A DNA stretch of 64,000 nt from the human T2T-CHM13v2.0 reference genome, Homo sapiens, in the NCBI RefSeq assembly GCF_009914755.1, contig NC_060935.1. One strand, 5' to 3'. The notes under the pieces are model-generated. The model made no database searches. It had not been told where the DNA came from and was given only the letters and a program-made list of their open reading frames with translations. The translations under genes and the position numbers were made by a program. Of the stretch, positions 1 to 12,714 are shown piece by piece. Each line of letters begins with the position of its first letter. Position 1 is the first letter of the stretch.

Positions 1-275
1 GGCTCATGCCTGTAATTCCAGAACTTTGGGAAGCTGAGGTGGGAGGATCACTGGAGCCCAGGAGTTCGGGCCAGCCTGGGCAACAAAGCGAAACTCTGTC
101 TCTACAAAAAAATAAAACAAATTATCTGGGCATAGCATGTGTCTATGGTCCCAGCTCTATGGGAGGCTGAGGCAGGAGGATCATTTGAACCCAAGAGGTC
201 CAGCTTAGGTGACAAAGTGAGAGCCTGTCTCAAAAAAAAAAAAAAAAAAAAGAAAAAGAAAAGGAAAAGAAAAAA
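1..275 (+). mobile_element. Alu (AluJ-like), cut by the window edge, right arm internally deleted, A-rich tail
   Basis: ggctcatgcctgtaat...ggaggatcactggagcccaggagttc (J-type), A-rich linker, right arm jumps from 'aagaggt' to 'ccagcttaggtgacaaagtgaga', poly(A) from ~232. Confidence 0.9.
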
Positions 276-1636
276 TAAGGGAAAGAAGACAGACAATTAT
301 CTTAGATTAAAAGAGATTTCAATCAAATGCAAACTGGAAACTTGACTGGATACTAGCTTGAAGGACCTGATAATAGATTATTTTCAATTTCTCCAGGTAT
401 AATAATTTTATTTGATTTTCAGGAGTATGTCTTCATTCACGAAAAATTTGTATTAGTTAATTATCATGATTTCTGCAACATTTATCGAAATGGTCAGCAA
501 GGAGTTTGAAAGGTGGAGATAGAAGACAGATAGCAAATGAGCAAGAGGAGAGCAAGAGCACAATGCATAAACAAGTGTTGAATGGGAGTGTGAGTGGGTA
601 TGAATGAGTGTTGAATGGGTGTATGAATGGATATAAGAGTGGGTATATGCTGTTCATTATCATAATATTTTATAGTTTAGAAATGTTAATAATTGATAGT
701 TGAAAAATAACCTGCTATAATATTTTGAAAAAAAAGGAAGTCTAAAAAATACAATATTCCACCTAATTCCTTATTCTCAATCACGGCCAAAAATGTTCCT
801 CATAACTTGGTAGACTTCATTTTTTCAAAAGCTGCAATATGAAATGAGCACTACTAAAAAATTTATGACTATTTTAGCAACTGCAAACTGAATTAGTACA
901 ATTTAAAATATTTAATAGTCTTATTTGTTAAAGAATCCAGAGTTTTTTGAATAATCATGCCAGTAATTCCACAGCAATAAAAGTTTTTAAATAAACCAGT
1001 CTGCAGTCTAGACAGTTAAATTTTTGGAGCCCTGTACTTCATGTTGACAAAGGCTATAAGAGTGATTCATTGCTGAGTGAGAAAGGGGCAAACACAGATT
1101 ATTCTTGATTTCCTCCCCTCCATGACACTTGCCATCTATGATACTTGTGTGAAGTTCATGACCTATAAATTCAAATTGGTCAAGAAATTAGTTTGGTAGA
1201 ATGTATATACCATGTAGTTGTTGGTAGTAGGGAATCCACCTATTCATCATTTTTCTTTTCTCAGAGGGTGGCATTTGGTGATTTGCAATGATGGTAGCCT
1301 TCGTCACCATGGTTTATTATTGATGTGTGTTTTTTTCTAATTTTTTTCCATAAAATTCACACATTCTCCATTTTTATTTCATTTTAGGTTCTATGATCCT
1401 GGCTCACCAGTGCTACTTTGAGTGTAGGATGACCCTAGCAATATGGTATGCCAAACATTACTAGTGTTCGCCCAGACTGGACTTTCCTCTCCTTCCTGGG
1501 CACATACATAATAACATTTTCCAGTTGCTTTCCAGTTAAGGAGAATCAGGTGACTAGATTTGGCCAGTGGGCAGTATAAAATGATGTAAATCATTCCCAG
1601 CCTGAAGCAATGAAAACTCACTAACAGAAACTCTAG

Positions 1637-2037
<401 letters not shown>

Positions 2038-2970
2038 ACTAACAACTTTGTCCTCTTGTTTCAGGATCCATAAAAGTCAGTGTAGAACAATTGCCCTCCC
2101 TCTTCCATGATATATTAGCACAAAGTAAGCCTTTTTGTTTGGGCACCAAATGTTGGCACAGCACAATCTAGCCCATCTTGCCTAGTACACAGAGCTTCTT
2201 CCTTCCCCAGTGAGCAAGGATTTTCACTTGGTTGCTAAAGTTCCTACTGACACTGCCATTTAATTTGGAATTTTTAGGCCTGTGAAACCAGCTCTTTAGG
2301 GAACCTTGCAATCATCTTTCATTTGTTTCAGCTGGAAAATCACCCTTCACAGATTCTTGAACTGAAGCTGCAGTTGCTCCTAAAATCTGTATTTTAGGCA
2401 CCTACTGAGGGATAATACATCTGGCATGAACCCCTAAAGACTCTTCAGTTGCCTACCTCAGCTACTGTGATGTGCCTTGAGCAGCCTTTGTTTCTGCTGT
2501 ACTTCTTTTGGCAACAGTAGAGTCTGTTTTCCGGTTCCTTTCAGAGAAGTCTGACTTAAGTTTTCACAGTTTAATCTGCTTGTTTAGTTAGGTCCATTCC
2601 TCCTCAAACATATCTAGAAGTCACATTCGTTTGCTGGAACTCAATGCCTTTGTCCTTTTAATTTCCCTTAGTTTTCTGGAGCATATATTTGTTCTTCATA
2701 TATACTCCTCTAGATGCTGAAATATGTAGTCACCCACAGTAAGATACATGAAATCAGTGACTTCTGTTCAAAAAATAATGTTTTTATTCATCTCTCTGAT
2801 TTAGATAACCCTATCCTGGAAGGTTCCTACACCAATTTTAGTACTGGCCTGATTGGCTTCTCATTGATATTTTTTATATTTGCTGTCTTTCCTTAGAGTC
2901 CTAATTCTGTAACTTTCTCTGGTATGTTCTCTGTAAGTAGAGACAATTGTTAAACTTTCACCTACAATAA

Positions 2971-3279
<309 letters not shown>

Positions 3280-3483
3280 TTCTCTTCTCTTCTTTTGAAC
3301 CTGAAGACACCCACATAACTTCATGCCTGGCCTTCCTATTGGCCCTAACAGCCACTCAGCTCAGAAAAGATGATTGTTAATTAGGTTGGGACAAGGAGGA
3401 GAGGGCATCCTAAAAACATTCAAGTCACCATCTTTCCAGAATTCCCAAGTTACATTCATTTGAACTGTCTACCCTCTGATGTG

Positions 3484-3484
<1 letters not shown>

Positions 3485-3540
<56 letters not shown>
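3485..3540. repeat. (TA)n microsatellite
   Basis: Long near-perfect TA run. Confidence 0.97.
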
Positions 3541-4539
3541 GTTTCAATAATTATTTACAGAAAGCAAATTAAGCAACAAGAGGTTCTTACTGTATAGGTG
3601 ATGAAACAAAAGTTTTAAGAGATTCAACAATTTTCTCAGAGTTGCATAAATAATACATTCTGGACCAAAACCTAGAAGGTTCAGTTTCTTCATTCTCCTT
3701 CCATTATATACCATGAATTTGGGTTGCGTAGTTGTGTTAATACCTGGCATAGACACTGTCTTAAGCTGGAACTGGAGCCTAAGGAAGCTGTTAACATAGC
3801 AACAGTTTCCATCCTTGTTAAACTGTCCTCTTCCTTTCAATCAACTCCATGATGGATGAGAGCCTAGGCTCCAATTTTAACAGGAAGTAGAAAGATGCTG
3901 TATCTTCCTCCTCTTACTACCTGTGAGGCTGACTTACCACAGACATTGGGCAGGTACTGCTGAGATTCTGATTCAACATCCAGCAAATCTTTTCCAAGTA
4001 ACAGAAAAGAAAATCTCAACTTCAGACCTTAAAATATATCTTTCTGCATTGTAGAAAAACCCATAAATGAATATTTAGAAAATAAGGGGGAAATTCTTAC
4101 CAGGAAGAATTCAAAAGATTCACAAAATAACTCCTTTCTTATTTTCTGCTGTGAAGCACTTGAAGTTCACCTTAATTTCAGTCTCACAAATACCCTACAG
4201 CATGCAGTAGCCTTTGATGTTTTATTAAAGAAACAAATGCTTTGATGATCTACTCATGGGCCAAGGGATTGTTCCCCTGCCAGCCACCATCCCACCAATT
4301 TTGCCGAAACATTCCCACCAGAAGCTGAAACTCTAGCAGAAGTTTGATCTTACCTTGGCTCTCTTTACCAGCTCATCATAAAACCAGAATTTGAAAAATG
4401 GTCCATGAGGAACAGCATAGAGATGATTTGTTAGATAGTAATTAAGAAAGTTTAGTTATTACCCAGGAAAATGTGCTATTGGTTTATGTCTGTGTAAAAC
4501 AAAATGTTTCTCTAAAATCTTTATTAATGCTTTACTCTT

Positions 4540-5026
4540 GGAATAATTTATCCATGCTAGCTATTTTTTATTGGCCACCCTGGTCTTCTTCATCCTCCTC
4601 TGTCCCCAGGATACTGACTTCTATAGATTGCATATAAAGACTCCTTAGTTCATTGGTTTCTGGTTAGCTTGTGTGAAGAGAAGTCATGAGTATAGAGCAA
4701 AAGTACTAGGAGGCTGAAGGAGAGTAAGGTTGGGGTATTTATTACCTCTGTTGCCTTCTTGGCAATATGGGCTGTTCCTTTTACCAAAAGCTTCAGTTCC
4801 TATACAGTAGCCCTTTTCATATAGCTATCCCCTTTGGGTAACAGTAACTGCCGTCCTTTCCTTCTGTCTTCAGATTTAGAGTTTGTAATGATGTCTTACT
4901 ATTGCCAGTATGGGAAACGTACCGTCCTTTGCCGGTTTCCCTAATCCCTACCCACATATCTTTCTAAATAGTTCATTTAGTGAACTCTCTTAACCCAGAA
5001 TGGATATGCCATGTGCTACTGATTCA
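4540..5026 (+). mobile_element. ERVL-class LTR, LTR33-like
   Basis: 'gaaggagagtaaggttggggtatttatt' and 3' end 'ccctacccacatatctttctaaatagttcatttagtgaactctctt...tgccat' resemble LTR33. Confidence 0.6.
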
Positions 5027-5284
5027 TTGTGTAAAAGTATTCAGATGGGGATAGTCTAATGTTAATAAGTGAAAATTTAAAGATTAATTACAATCTAAAG
5101 TCAAAATACTTGGTCTTAAATTGAATCTCATTTCTGCCAGTTTCAGGAAGTTTTCTAAAAATTAGTAGGACTCTCTGAACCTTACTTTTCTCAAAGGTAA
5201 AATAATTTCTCAGATATTTAATATAAAGGATAAATGGAATAGAAATTGGTGCAGAGCCTAGAAAATGTGATATTGAAAAAATAT

Positions 5285-5872
5285 GTGTTGTGGTAGCTTT
5301 TGAGCTATGTCAATATCAATAATTTCTTCCCTGGATGGTTCTCTTAGGGTTGGCTCCAAAAGAAGTTTGCGTGAGATTTGGGAGGCAAAAGTGAAGCAGC
5401 AATTTAGCTCTGAACATAGATATAGGGCTAGGGGCTGTTGTAGAGCACACATAGCTTTATTAATCTACTGGCTCATTTTGTTGGTGTTGGGAAGCATTTG
5501 GATCCATAGCTCCTTCAGCTTTCACCAAGTCTGTCTTTCCATTTGAGTCCTAAGCTAGGTGTAAGGGTGCCACCTTCTTTTGCAGATTGCTCAGATTAAC
5601 AAGGTTGTAGGCATTAAAAGACAGTGCTGTTTGCAATTTGTCCTTATGGATTATAGTTTGTCCTCACTCTTTTCAACTTTATGTCCAGGTTTTCTTGCAA
5701 ACTACTGGCTCTGCAGATTTATGGCATTTCAAGCTCCTACCAGACAGAGAGGCAATTTCCATAGACTTTTTCACTGGCCTCCACAGTTGTGGATGATCTA
5801 ATTCCTGTTATATTCCCTTATTCCATATTACCGATAGTAGCTCTGCTTACCTAATTGAATGCTAACTAATAC
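5285..5872 (+). mobile_element. Old ERVL-class LTR (MLT2/LTR52-like)
   Basis: 'ttagggttggc...tgagatttgggaggcaaaagtgaagcag' and 3' end 'gctctgcttacctaattgaatgctaactaatac'. Confidence 0.45.
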
Positions 5873-7789
5873 CTGGGTTCTCTTCTCTTCTTCTCTTATT
5901 AATGATATGATCACAAATATGACTAAGAATATAACACAAAATATTAGGATCTGTTCTTCAGTATGAGTGGAGAATCCAGAACAATGTAATAAGCATTTTA
6001 CCTTCTGGGATCATGAAACTAAAAAAAAAAAGATAAAAATGATACTGAAATTTAGAAGTCTTTATTTCAGGAATTAAGCCCACCCCTCCTCCTTAGTTCC
6101 AGAATTTCAGGAGTAGCTTGGAGTAAAGTATTTGTGGCATTGTTTTTCTCTATTCTACAGAAATTATACAGAAGCTTTGTTCAGTGATAGGCAAAGGAGA
6201 CAATTAATGATTATTAATTTTCACTAGGGTTATTAAGCAAATCCTATGTTTCTTTTCTCCCCCAAGATTTCTGTCATTATCTAGTAAGGTTTGCTTCCAA
6301 AGCTTTGCTTCCATATAAAATTTCATGCTCATTTAGTACATGATACATTTGAAGCTGACAGGAGTGATCCACCTGGAATGGCCCAGCAACACTATGCTTA
6401 GTCCCAGAAAGCTACAGAAATAGTCTTCTTTGTCTCTTTGATTCTCTATGGGTCATTTAATAGCAACAGCTCCTCTTTATTCTTTTCCTTTTTGAATGGT
6501 GCTTTTGTGAGTTGGAGTCTTGATGTATCTGTCACAGACCTTCCACTTCAGAGGTTAAACTGCAAGATCTAATGAGGGGAAATTATTTTTAGCTTAGCCT
6601 CTGGCACTATAAATTTCAGAAAATTTTTGAATTAAGCCTTATAACTTTATAGGAAAAAATAGCAGACTGCCATTTTAACTCTTTCTCTGTCTTTCTTTTT
6701 AACTAAAATCTCAGTAGGTAGTTTTTTTAAAAATATTATTTTTATTTATTTTGGTAGCAACTGAATGACAATTTAATCCCATAAAAATTATCAGATGCTT
6801 CTTATTTTTCGTGTTTTTTTTTTTTTCCAATTAGGCCTCCATCTCTGACTGCTGACATCAGACTAGCAAAGTGTACAGTCCACAATCAATGATATGTGAG
6901 TGTGGATGGTGCTGTGTTGTTCACAGTGGAACAAAGAATTTATCCCTTAGGTCTAATATTGGGTCCGAAGAAAAAATGTGCTATAACTTTATTCTTAAAA
7001 TTTGAATTATTTTTCCTGAAGTAGAAATCCATCCTAATGGAGAGTCAAGAAATAAAATAGAGGCTCAATTTTTTTTTGGAAACAAGCCCAGTTGTGAATT
7101 ACTCAGGGATTTCTCTCCTGTAATATGGCTTATCCACGCCACTGGCCTCACATTTCTGAATCTCATCTTTGGTCATTTCACTGCTTGTTAACAATTACAT
7201 CCAAGAGAAGGTACTAGAAGAGACAAAGTAAAACTGAAGACTTGTTAGTTGGGCCAATGGTCATGAAAGCAAAATATTTATTATACTAACCATTATGAGC
7301 AAGGCAATGGAAGATTTGTAGGGATACCAGGTTTATTTCAGACTGGCTTGAAAGAAAGCAACAAATTAAAATTATTTAATTAACACCACTTGTTAATAGT
7401 GTTCAAAGTGGGCTTTTATTGTAAAAGAAATTTTAAACATTGTGTGGTGGGAAATGGTGGTCCTTATTAGGAAGAAAGGGAGGAACTGAAGCTACTCTCT
7501 AATACCAGGAAAGGATGCTTTCGGGGCAGATATTGTGGTGATATTGGAAAGTCTTGGTTAAAGTAGCTATGTGTATTCTGTGAAAACTGTGTAGCTGAGG
7601 TTGGATATGTACTGAGAAACAAAGACAATCTCATGCAAAGAAGATGGACAGCTTGGGGTCTTCCTTTAAATATTATAATATGTGCCCATATATGGCATTC
7701 CAGCTTAGTAAAACCAGACTATTAGTCATGGTGATGATAAGGGTAACATTGTTATTTCTCTATGTTCTATTATTTATATCTTTATTTTC

Positions 7790-8005
7790 TATGGTACTGT
7801 GCTAAATAATTTACATACATCATCTCACATATCTTCAAATAAATATTACTACCACCATTTACAGAAGAGGAAATGGAAGTTCAAAGGGTTTAAAAGCCTG
7901 ACATCACATAGCAATGTGTGGAAAATCTTAGACTCAAACCTTCAACTCAAACCTTAGAGCATCTTAGACTCGAACTTTGATTTCAGAGCTTGTGATTTTA
8001 ATACT
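7790..8005 (-). mobile_element. MIR
   Basis: 'ggtactgtgctaaataatttacatacatcatctca...catttacagaagaggaaatggaagttcaaagggttt...tcacatagc'. Confidence 0.65.
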
Positions 8006-8118
8006 GAAGAGAAAGAGGATGGCTCAGGCAATAGAGCCATTGTAACACTGTGAATTTAGACAGTAAGATTAACTTTTATGGAATCTGAAAAGGTAGAATT
8101 TGATCTAAGCCTTGAAGG

Positions 8119-8411
8119 ATGAGGAAGGCAATGGAAAATTTGTAGGGATACCAGGTTTATTACAGACTGGCTTGAAAGAAAGCAACAAATTATTTAATTA
8201 ACACTACTTGCTAATAATGTTACAAAGTGGGCTTTTATTGTAAAAGAAATTTTAAACATCATATGGTGGGAAATGGTGGTCCTCATTAGGAAGGTAACAT
8301 TGTTATTTCTCTGTCTACGTTCTATTATTTCTATCTTTATTTTCTATGGTATTGTGCTAAATTCTTTACATATATCATCTCACGTATCTTCAAGTAAAGA
8401 TATGTGAGATG
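8119..8411 (+). repeat. Composite local duplication of 7295-7474 plus 7739-7843 with a short inverted tail
   Basis: Direct comparison: 'aaggcaatgg...tgtagggataccaggtttat...attaggaag' and 'ggtaacattgttatttctct...catctcacatatcttcaa' both recur here, joined. Confidence 0.92.
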
Positions 8412-9116
8412 GTGGTAGGGAGACAGGGTGTCCTATGAGAATGAATTGCATGAATACAGTTATACAGGCAAATGAAGAAGGAATCTGGGGTCAGTGAATC
8501 GCTGGCCTGGATTTTCTCCAAACATTTTTGGATAAATAACATTATGTATAGATGCAATTTATCCACGAAACCATGCTATTGCAACATTTCATTGGTATGC
8601 TATCTAAATTTGTAGATATTTGTTATAAAAGACCATCTCCTGAAATCTATTAGATTGAAAATATATAAAAGATGAAAAACCATTTGACAATTTATTACAA
8701 ATTTCTAACTGGGAATCCTTGTTGTGTCAATGAACTAATAAATGTAAATGTAAAACCAGGTAAATGTAAAGTTTTATTACTATTAATTTTACGATTATTT
8801 TTTAAATGAATGAAGTCCTACAACTTCTCCAGAATAGGACTAAGTTTTCATTTGCAAATATTTATGAGGCTATTTTGGAATGACAAAATTCAGAATGAAC
8901 TTAGAACCAAATTCTATTCATCTTCTGTGTTTACCCAATTTTCCTTTCCCTCCCCTTCCCTTCTCCCCTCCTCTCCACTTCCCTTTCCTTCCTTCTTATG
9001 TCTCTCACTTTTCTTTTTTCTTTTCTTTTTATTTCATGTCTGTCTTCAGAAGAAAATCCTTATATATGCCAGGGAAGCAGAGAAACATAAAACTTTGCTG
9101 TAAAGAAAGGAAGATC

Positions 9117-9396
9117 CCCATGCCTATAGTCCCAGCACTTTGGGAGGCGGAGACGGGTAGATCACTTGAAGTCAGGAATTTGAGACCAGCCTGGCCAACA
9201 TGGTGAAACCCCGTCTCTACTAAAAATACAAACATTAGCTGGGCATGGTGACGGACCCCTGTAATCCCAGCAACTCAGGAGGCTGAGGCAGGAGAGTGGC
9301 TTGAACCCAGGAGGAGGAGGTTGCAGTGAGCCGAGATCTCACCATTGTGCTCCAGCCTGGACAACAAGAGTGAAACTCAGTATCCAAAAAAAAAAA
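9117..9396 (+). mobile_element. AluS (Sq/Sx-like), slightly 5' truncated
   Basis: Alu dimer with poly(A); 15-bp TSD aaagaaaggaagatc at 9102-9116 and 9397-9411. Confidence 0.95.
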
Positions 9397-10649
9397 AAAG
9401 AAAGGAAGATCTTTATGACATTTTGACAGTAGTTCCACTGTGAGGTGAAACTCATGATGGAAAAAGAGAACCAAAAATAACAGCTTTAATAATTACTCAG
9501 CAACATGTACAGAGCTGCTGTAAGCAAAGTAAGGTTACAGCCGTAAGTGATCAGTGTATCATAATTTCAATGCTTCTGATTCAAAATTGCTGCCAGTGTT
9601 GCTTGTTAAAAGTCGAAGGGACCCAGGAATGAGAATGATGTCATGGCAATAGTTCTAGGGGATCTTTACACTTACCTTACATTCTACAAGTCAAATTGCA
9701 GAAAAACTCTTTTCTTTTTCGTGTCTAAAGCAAGCTTTGTCACATACTATTAAGAATTATTAGTACTCACTTGACCTATTTAAACAATAGCAGAGTCTTT
9801 TTCTAGTAATCTAAAAGTTGTTATTAGCCCAATGAAAAGGACTGTGGTTATAGATGACACTACATTTCCTTTGTTTTGGAAAAGGTAATTTTCTGCTAAA
9901 GGATTTAGAGGTGAAGACAGTTTCACAACATGAAAGACAAAACACAATGTGCTACATTGATTTTTCTGATGTTTTATGTTAAAACATTTTATTTTTTTTC
10001 TTAGAAGATTGTCCAACACACAGACTCATATCTGTAAACTGACACTAGAACAGGCACTAAGATCCACAGTCTCTTTCTCACTTTTTAAAAAAATCTGGCT
10101 CAAATTGGATTTAACTCACAAGAGAGTGCAGGTTAGTGAATCACTTGAAGTATTTAAGAAAGAAACTCAGTGCCTATAATCATAGTCAATGAAATTCTTT
10201 TAATTGTTGACTATGATCACACAACTGGAGTAATCATTAAAAATTTATTTCCTTAAAGAGGAAATTCATGGAATTTTTTATTTAACATTGACAGGAAAAA
10301 GCATGGAAGTTTAGAGAAAATCATCATGTATTATTTTTACTTCATGTTAAATAATACTTACTCAGAAACACAAATAATGAACTATAACATGGTAAGTATA
10401 AAGTCATTTACTTTCCAATTCTCAAAAGTTTAAAAGTCAAGTTTAAAAGTCAGGATAAGCATGGATGGAACAGGGAGTTAGCCTCTGTTACTGGAGATCA
10501 AAGGTCAAGTGCAAGCCTGGCAAAGCAGCATTACAGGAGAAGGCTCTCAATGGGTCAGAAAGAATTTAAATCAGAGGGATTTTTATTATCAAAGCCTAAG
10601 TATGCTTTTTTATTGTTGTTTCCATATATATTAAATCTTAAAGAAGCCT

Positions 10650-11345
10650 TGTAAACAACTGATGGGTTCTTCCTGCCCTCTACACAAACAAAGACCACAG
10701 CATTGCCATAAAGAAAGAGTTTAATTGATGTGAGGCCAGCTGCACCATGCAGGAGACAGAGTTATTAAGCAAATCAATCTCCTGAAAATTCAGAGACTAG
10801 AGTTTTTAAAGGATAATTCAGTGGGAAGGGTCCAGGAAGTGGGGCGTGTAGTGTTGATTGGTTGGGTCATAGATGAAATCATAGGGAGTGGAAGCTGTCT
10901 TCTGCTGATTCAGTTTCTGAGTGGAGGTCACAAGACGAGCCAGTTTATTGACCTGGTTGGCGCCAGCTGCTCCATCAAGTGCAGGATTTGACAAATATCT
11001 GGAGCACCAATCTTAGGTTTTACAACAGTGATATTATCCCTACGAACAGTTGGGAAAGTTTAGAATCTGGTGGCCTCTAGATGTATGACTCCTAAACCAT
11101 TGTGGCTAATTTGTTAATCCTACAAAGGCAGTCTGGTCCTCAGGCAAGAAGGGGGTTTGTTTTGGGAAATGGCTGGTATCATCTTTGTTTCAAAAATTAA
11201 ACTATTAACTAAGTTCCTGCCGAAGTCCTACACCCAGGAATGAACAAGGACAGCTTAGAGGTAAGAAGTAAGACAGAGTCGGTAAGGTCAGAACTGTTTG
11301 ACTCTTATAATTTTCTCAGTTATGATTTTTGCAAAGGTGTCTTCA
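10650..11345 (-). mobile_element. Solo LTR8 (ERV1, HUERS-P1 type)
   Basis: Minus strand starts tgaagacacctttgcaaaaatcataactgagaaaattat...gctgtccttgttcattcctggg like LTR8; TG...CA termini; 696 bp; flanks gcct/gcgt (4-bp TSD with one mismatch). Confidence 0.82.
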
Positions 11346-11430
11346 GCGTTATCCTCTTTTATTCTAAGTACTCAGGTATCACCTTCATTTTACTGTATTT
11401 TCTGGCTTAACTGGACATCTCATGAGGGAC

Positions 11431-11478
11431 TCTTACAAGAAATATCATGAGATAATCTTACAAGAAATATCATGAGAT
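11431..11478. repeat. Tandem duplication, 25-bp period
   Basis: tcttacaagaaatatcatgagat occurs at 11431 and 11456. Confidence 0.9.
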
Positions 11479-12714
11479 CTATAAGAAAATCTACCAAACA
11501 TGAATACACATCTACACTCTCCTTGGCATTAAAAAGGCATTTTTAGAACAATAAACCTTAACCTCTTTCCATCTCACCTCTCACCATTTACACAGCTGAG
11601 AAATCACACACAAACCCATTGGTAACGGCGCCTCAAAAGTGGTAGTCTTTCTTAATAAAGATCAGGTGTACTCATTTTGATGTGTGTGAATAAGGATCTC
11701 AGAGAGAATGAGTAAATTGGAACAGCACTGCAGATGATTCTAATACATCTTAGAAAAATGAGAACCGTTGTTTCCTTCCTCAGACGCTATGGTGAGGATC
11801 TTTTGCCTGGAAGCTCCATTTTCCCCAGGCTGGTATGTGGCTAACCGTAAGTTTAGGCCAATACAAGCATAGGCAAAATATAAAGAAAAGAAATTTAATA
11901 TTTGATATTATTTAAAGTTTTGAGATGATAATTATTAAAAATCATAGCTCTAAATTCTTTACACTTATTTTAGGGTATAGCTTTGTCTTCATTTTGAAAT
12001 ACACTGCCTGTGGCCAGAGTGATGGGAACACCTTTATGGTTTTTATTTTTCAAGTGGTAAAGTTATTAATTTTGTCCTTCTTTAGGATCACAGGCTCAGT
12101 CCAGAGCAAGGCCCTGATAGATTCTATTTGGATGATTTCTTTTTAATTAGAACTGTGATAATTCTGGTGCTTCCCCAAGAACAGACAGGCCCCAGACACT
12201 TATTCCTCTGAATAAGTTGGTGTACTGAGATTTCAGAAAGAAAGCCTTGACTCAACCTTTCCCAATTTGAACTTTATAATTATAAATGAGTGCTTCCCAA
12301 AAGACAGCATACAAATGAAGGTCATTTGAGATGATTGGATAACACTGTATTCTACCTCAGGTGACATACCTTGCAACTCTGCCATTACCTATGGGCCAAC
12401 ATGGTGTGGTAGAGTGATGAGATATCAATTCTTAGATTCAGCCCACTTTTAATAGGCCCTTAGCTAAGAGTATATTCTTGCTCTTGCTGTCCCATATAAA
12501 TAGTATCTGAAGAAAGGCAGTCATTAAGGGGGCTGAGAAACAATCTCACCCTTTTTGTCACACCAGACATTGGTATTTTTCCCCTTTCACTTCTGGGTAC
12601 CATGTTCCAGTATTTACAGATCCTCAGTGAGGCAAAAACCCAACTTGCAAGAATCCAAAATAAAAGAAGAATGTTATTTGCTGGAATATCAATATCCTTG
12701 TAATTTGTTCTTCT

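Noticed and set aside
6002-6018. Possible 17-nt minus-strand micro-exon (poly-T ag|TTTCATGATCCCAGAAG|gtaaaa)
   Set aside because: No partner exons or coding context; the acceptor is explained by an A-run
8119-8411. Second copy as a spliced retrocopy of 7295-7843
   Set aside because: The skipped segment lacks GT-AG ends on both strands; no poly(A) or TSD
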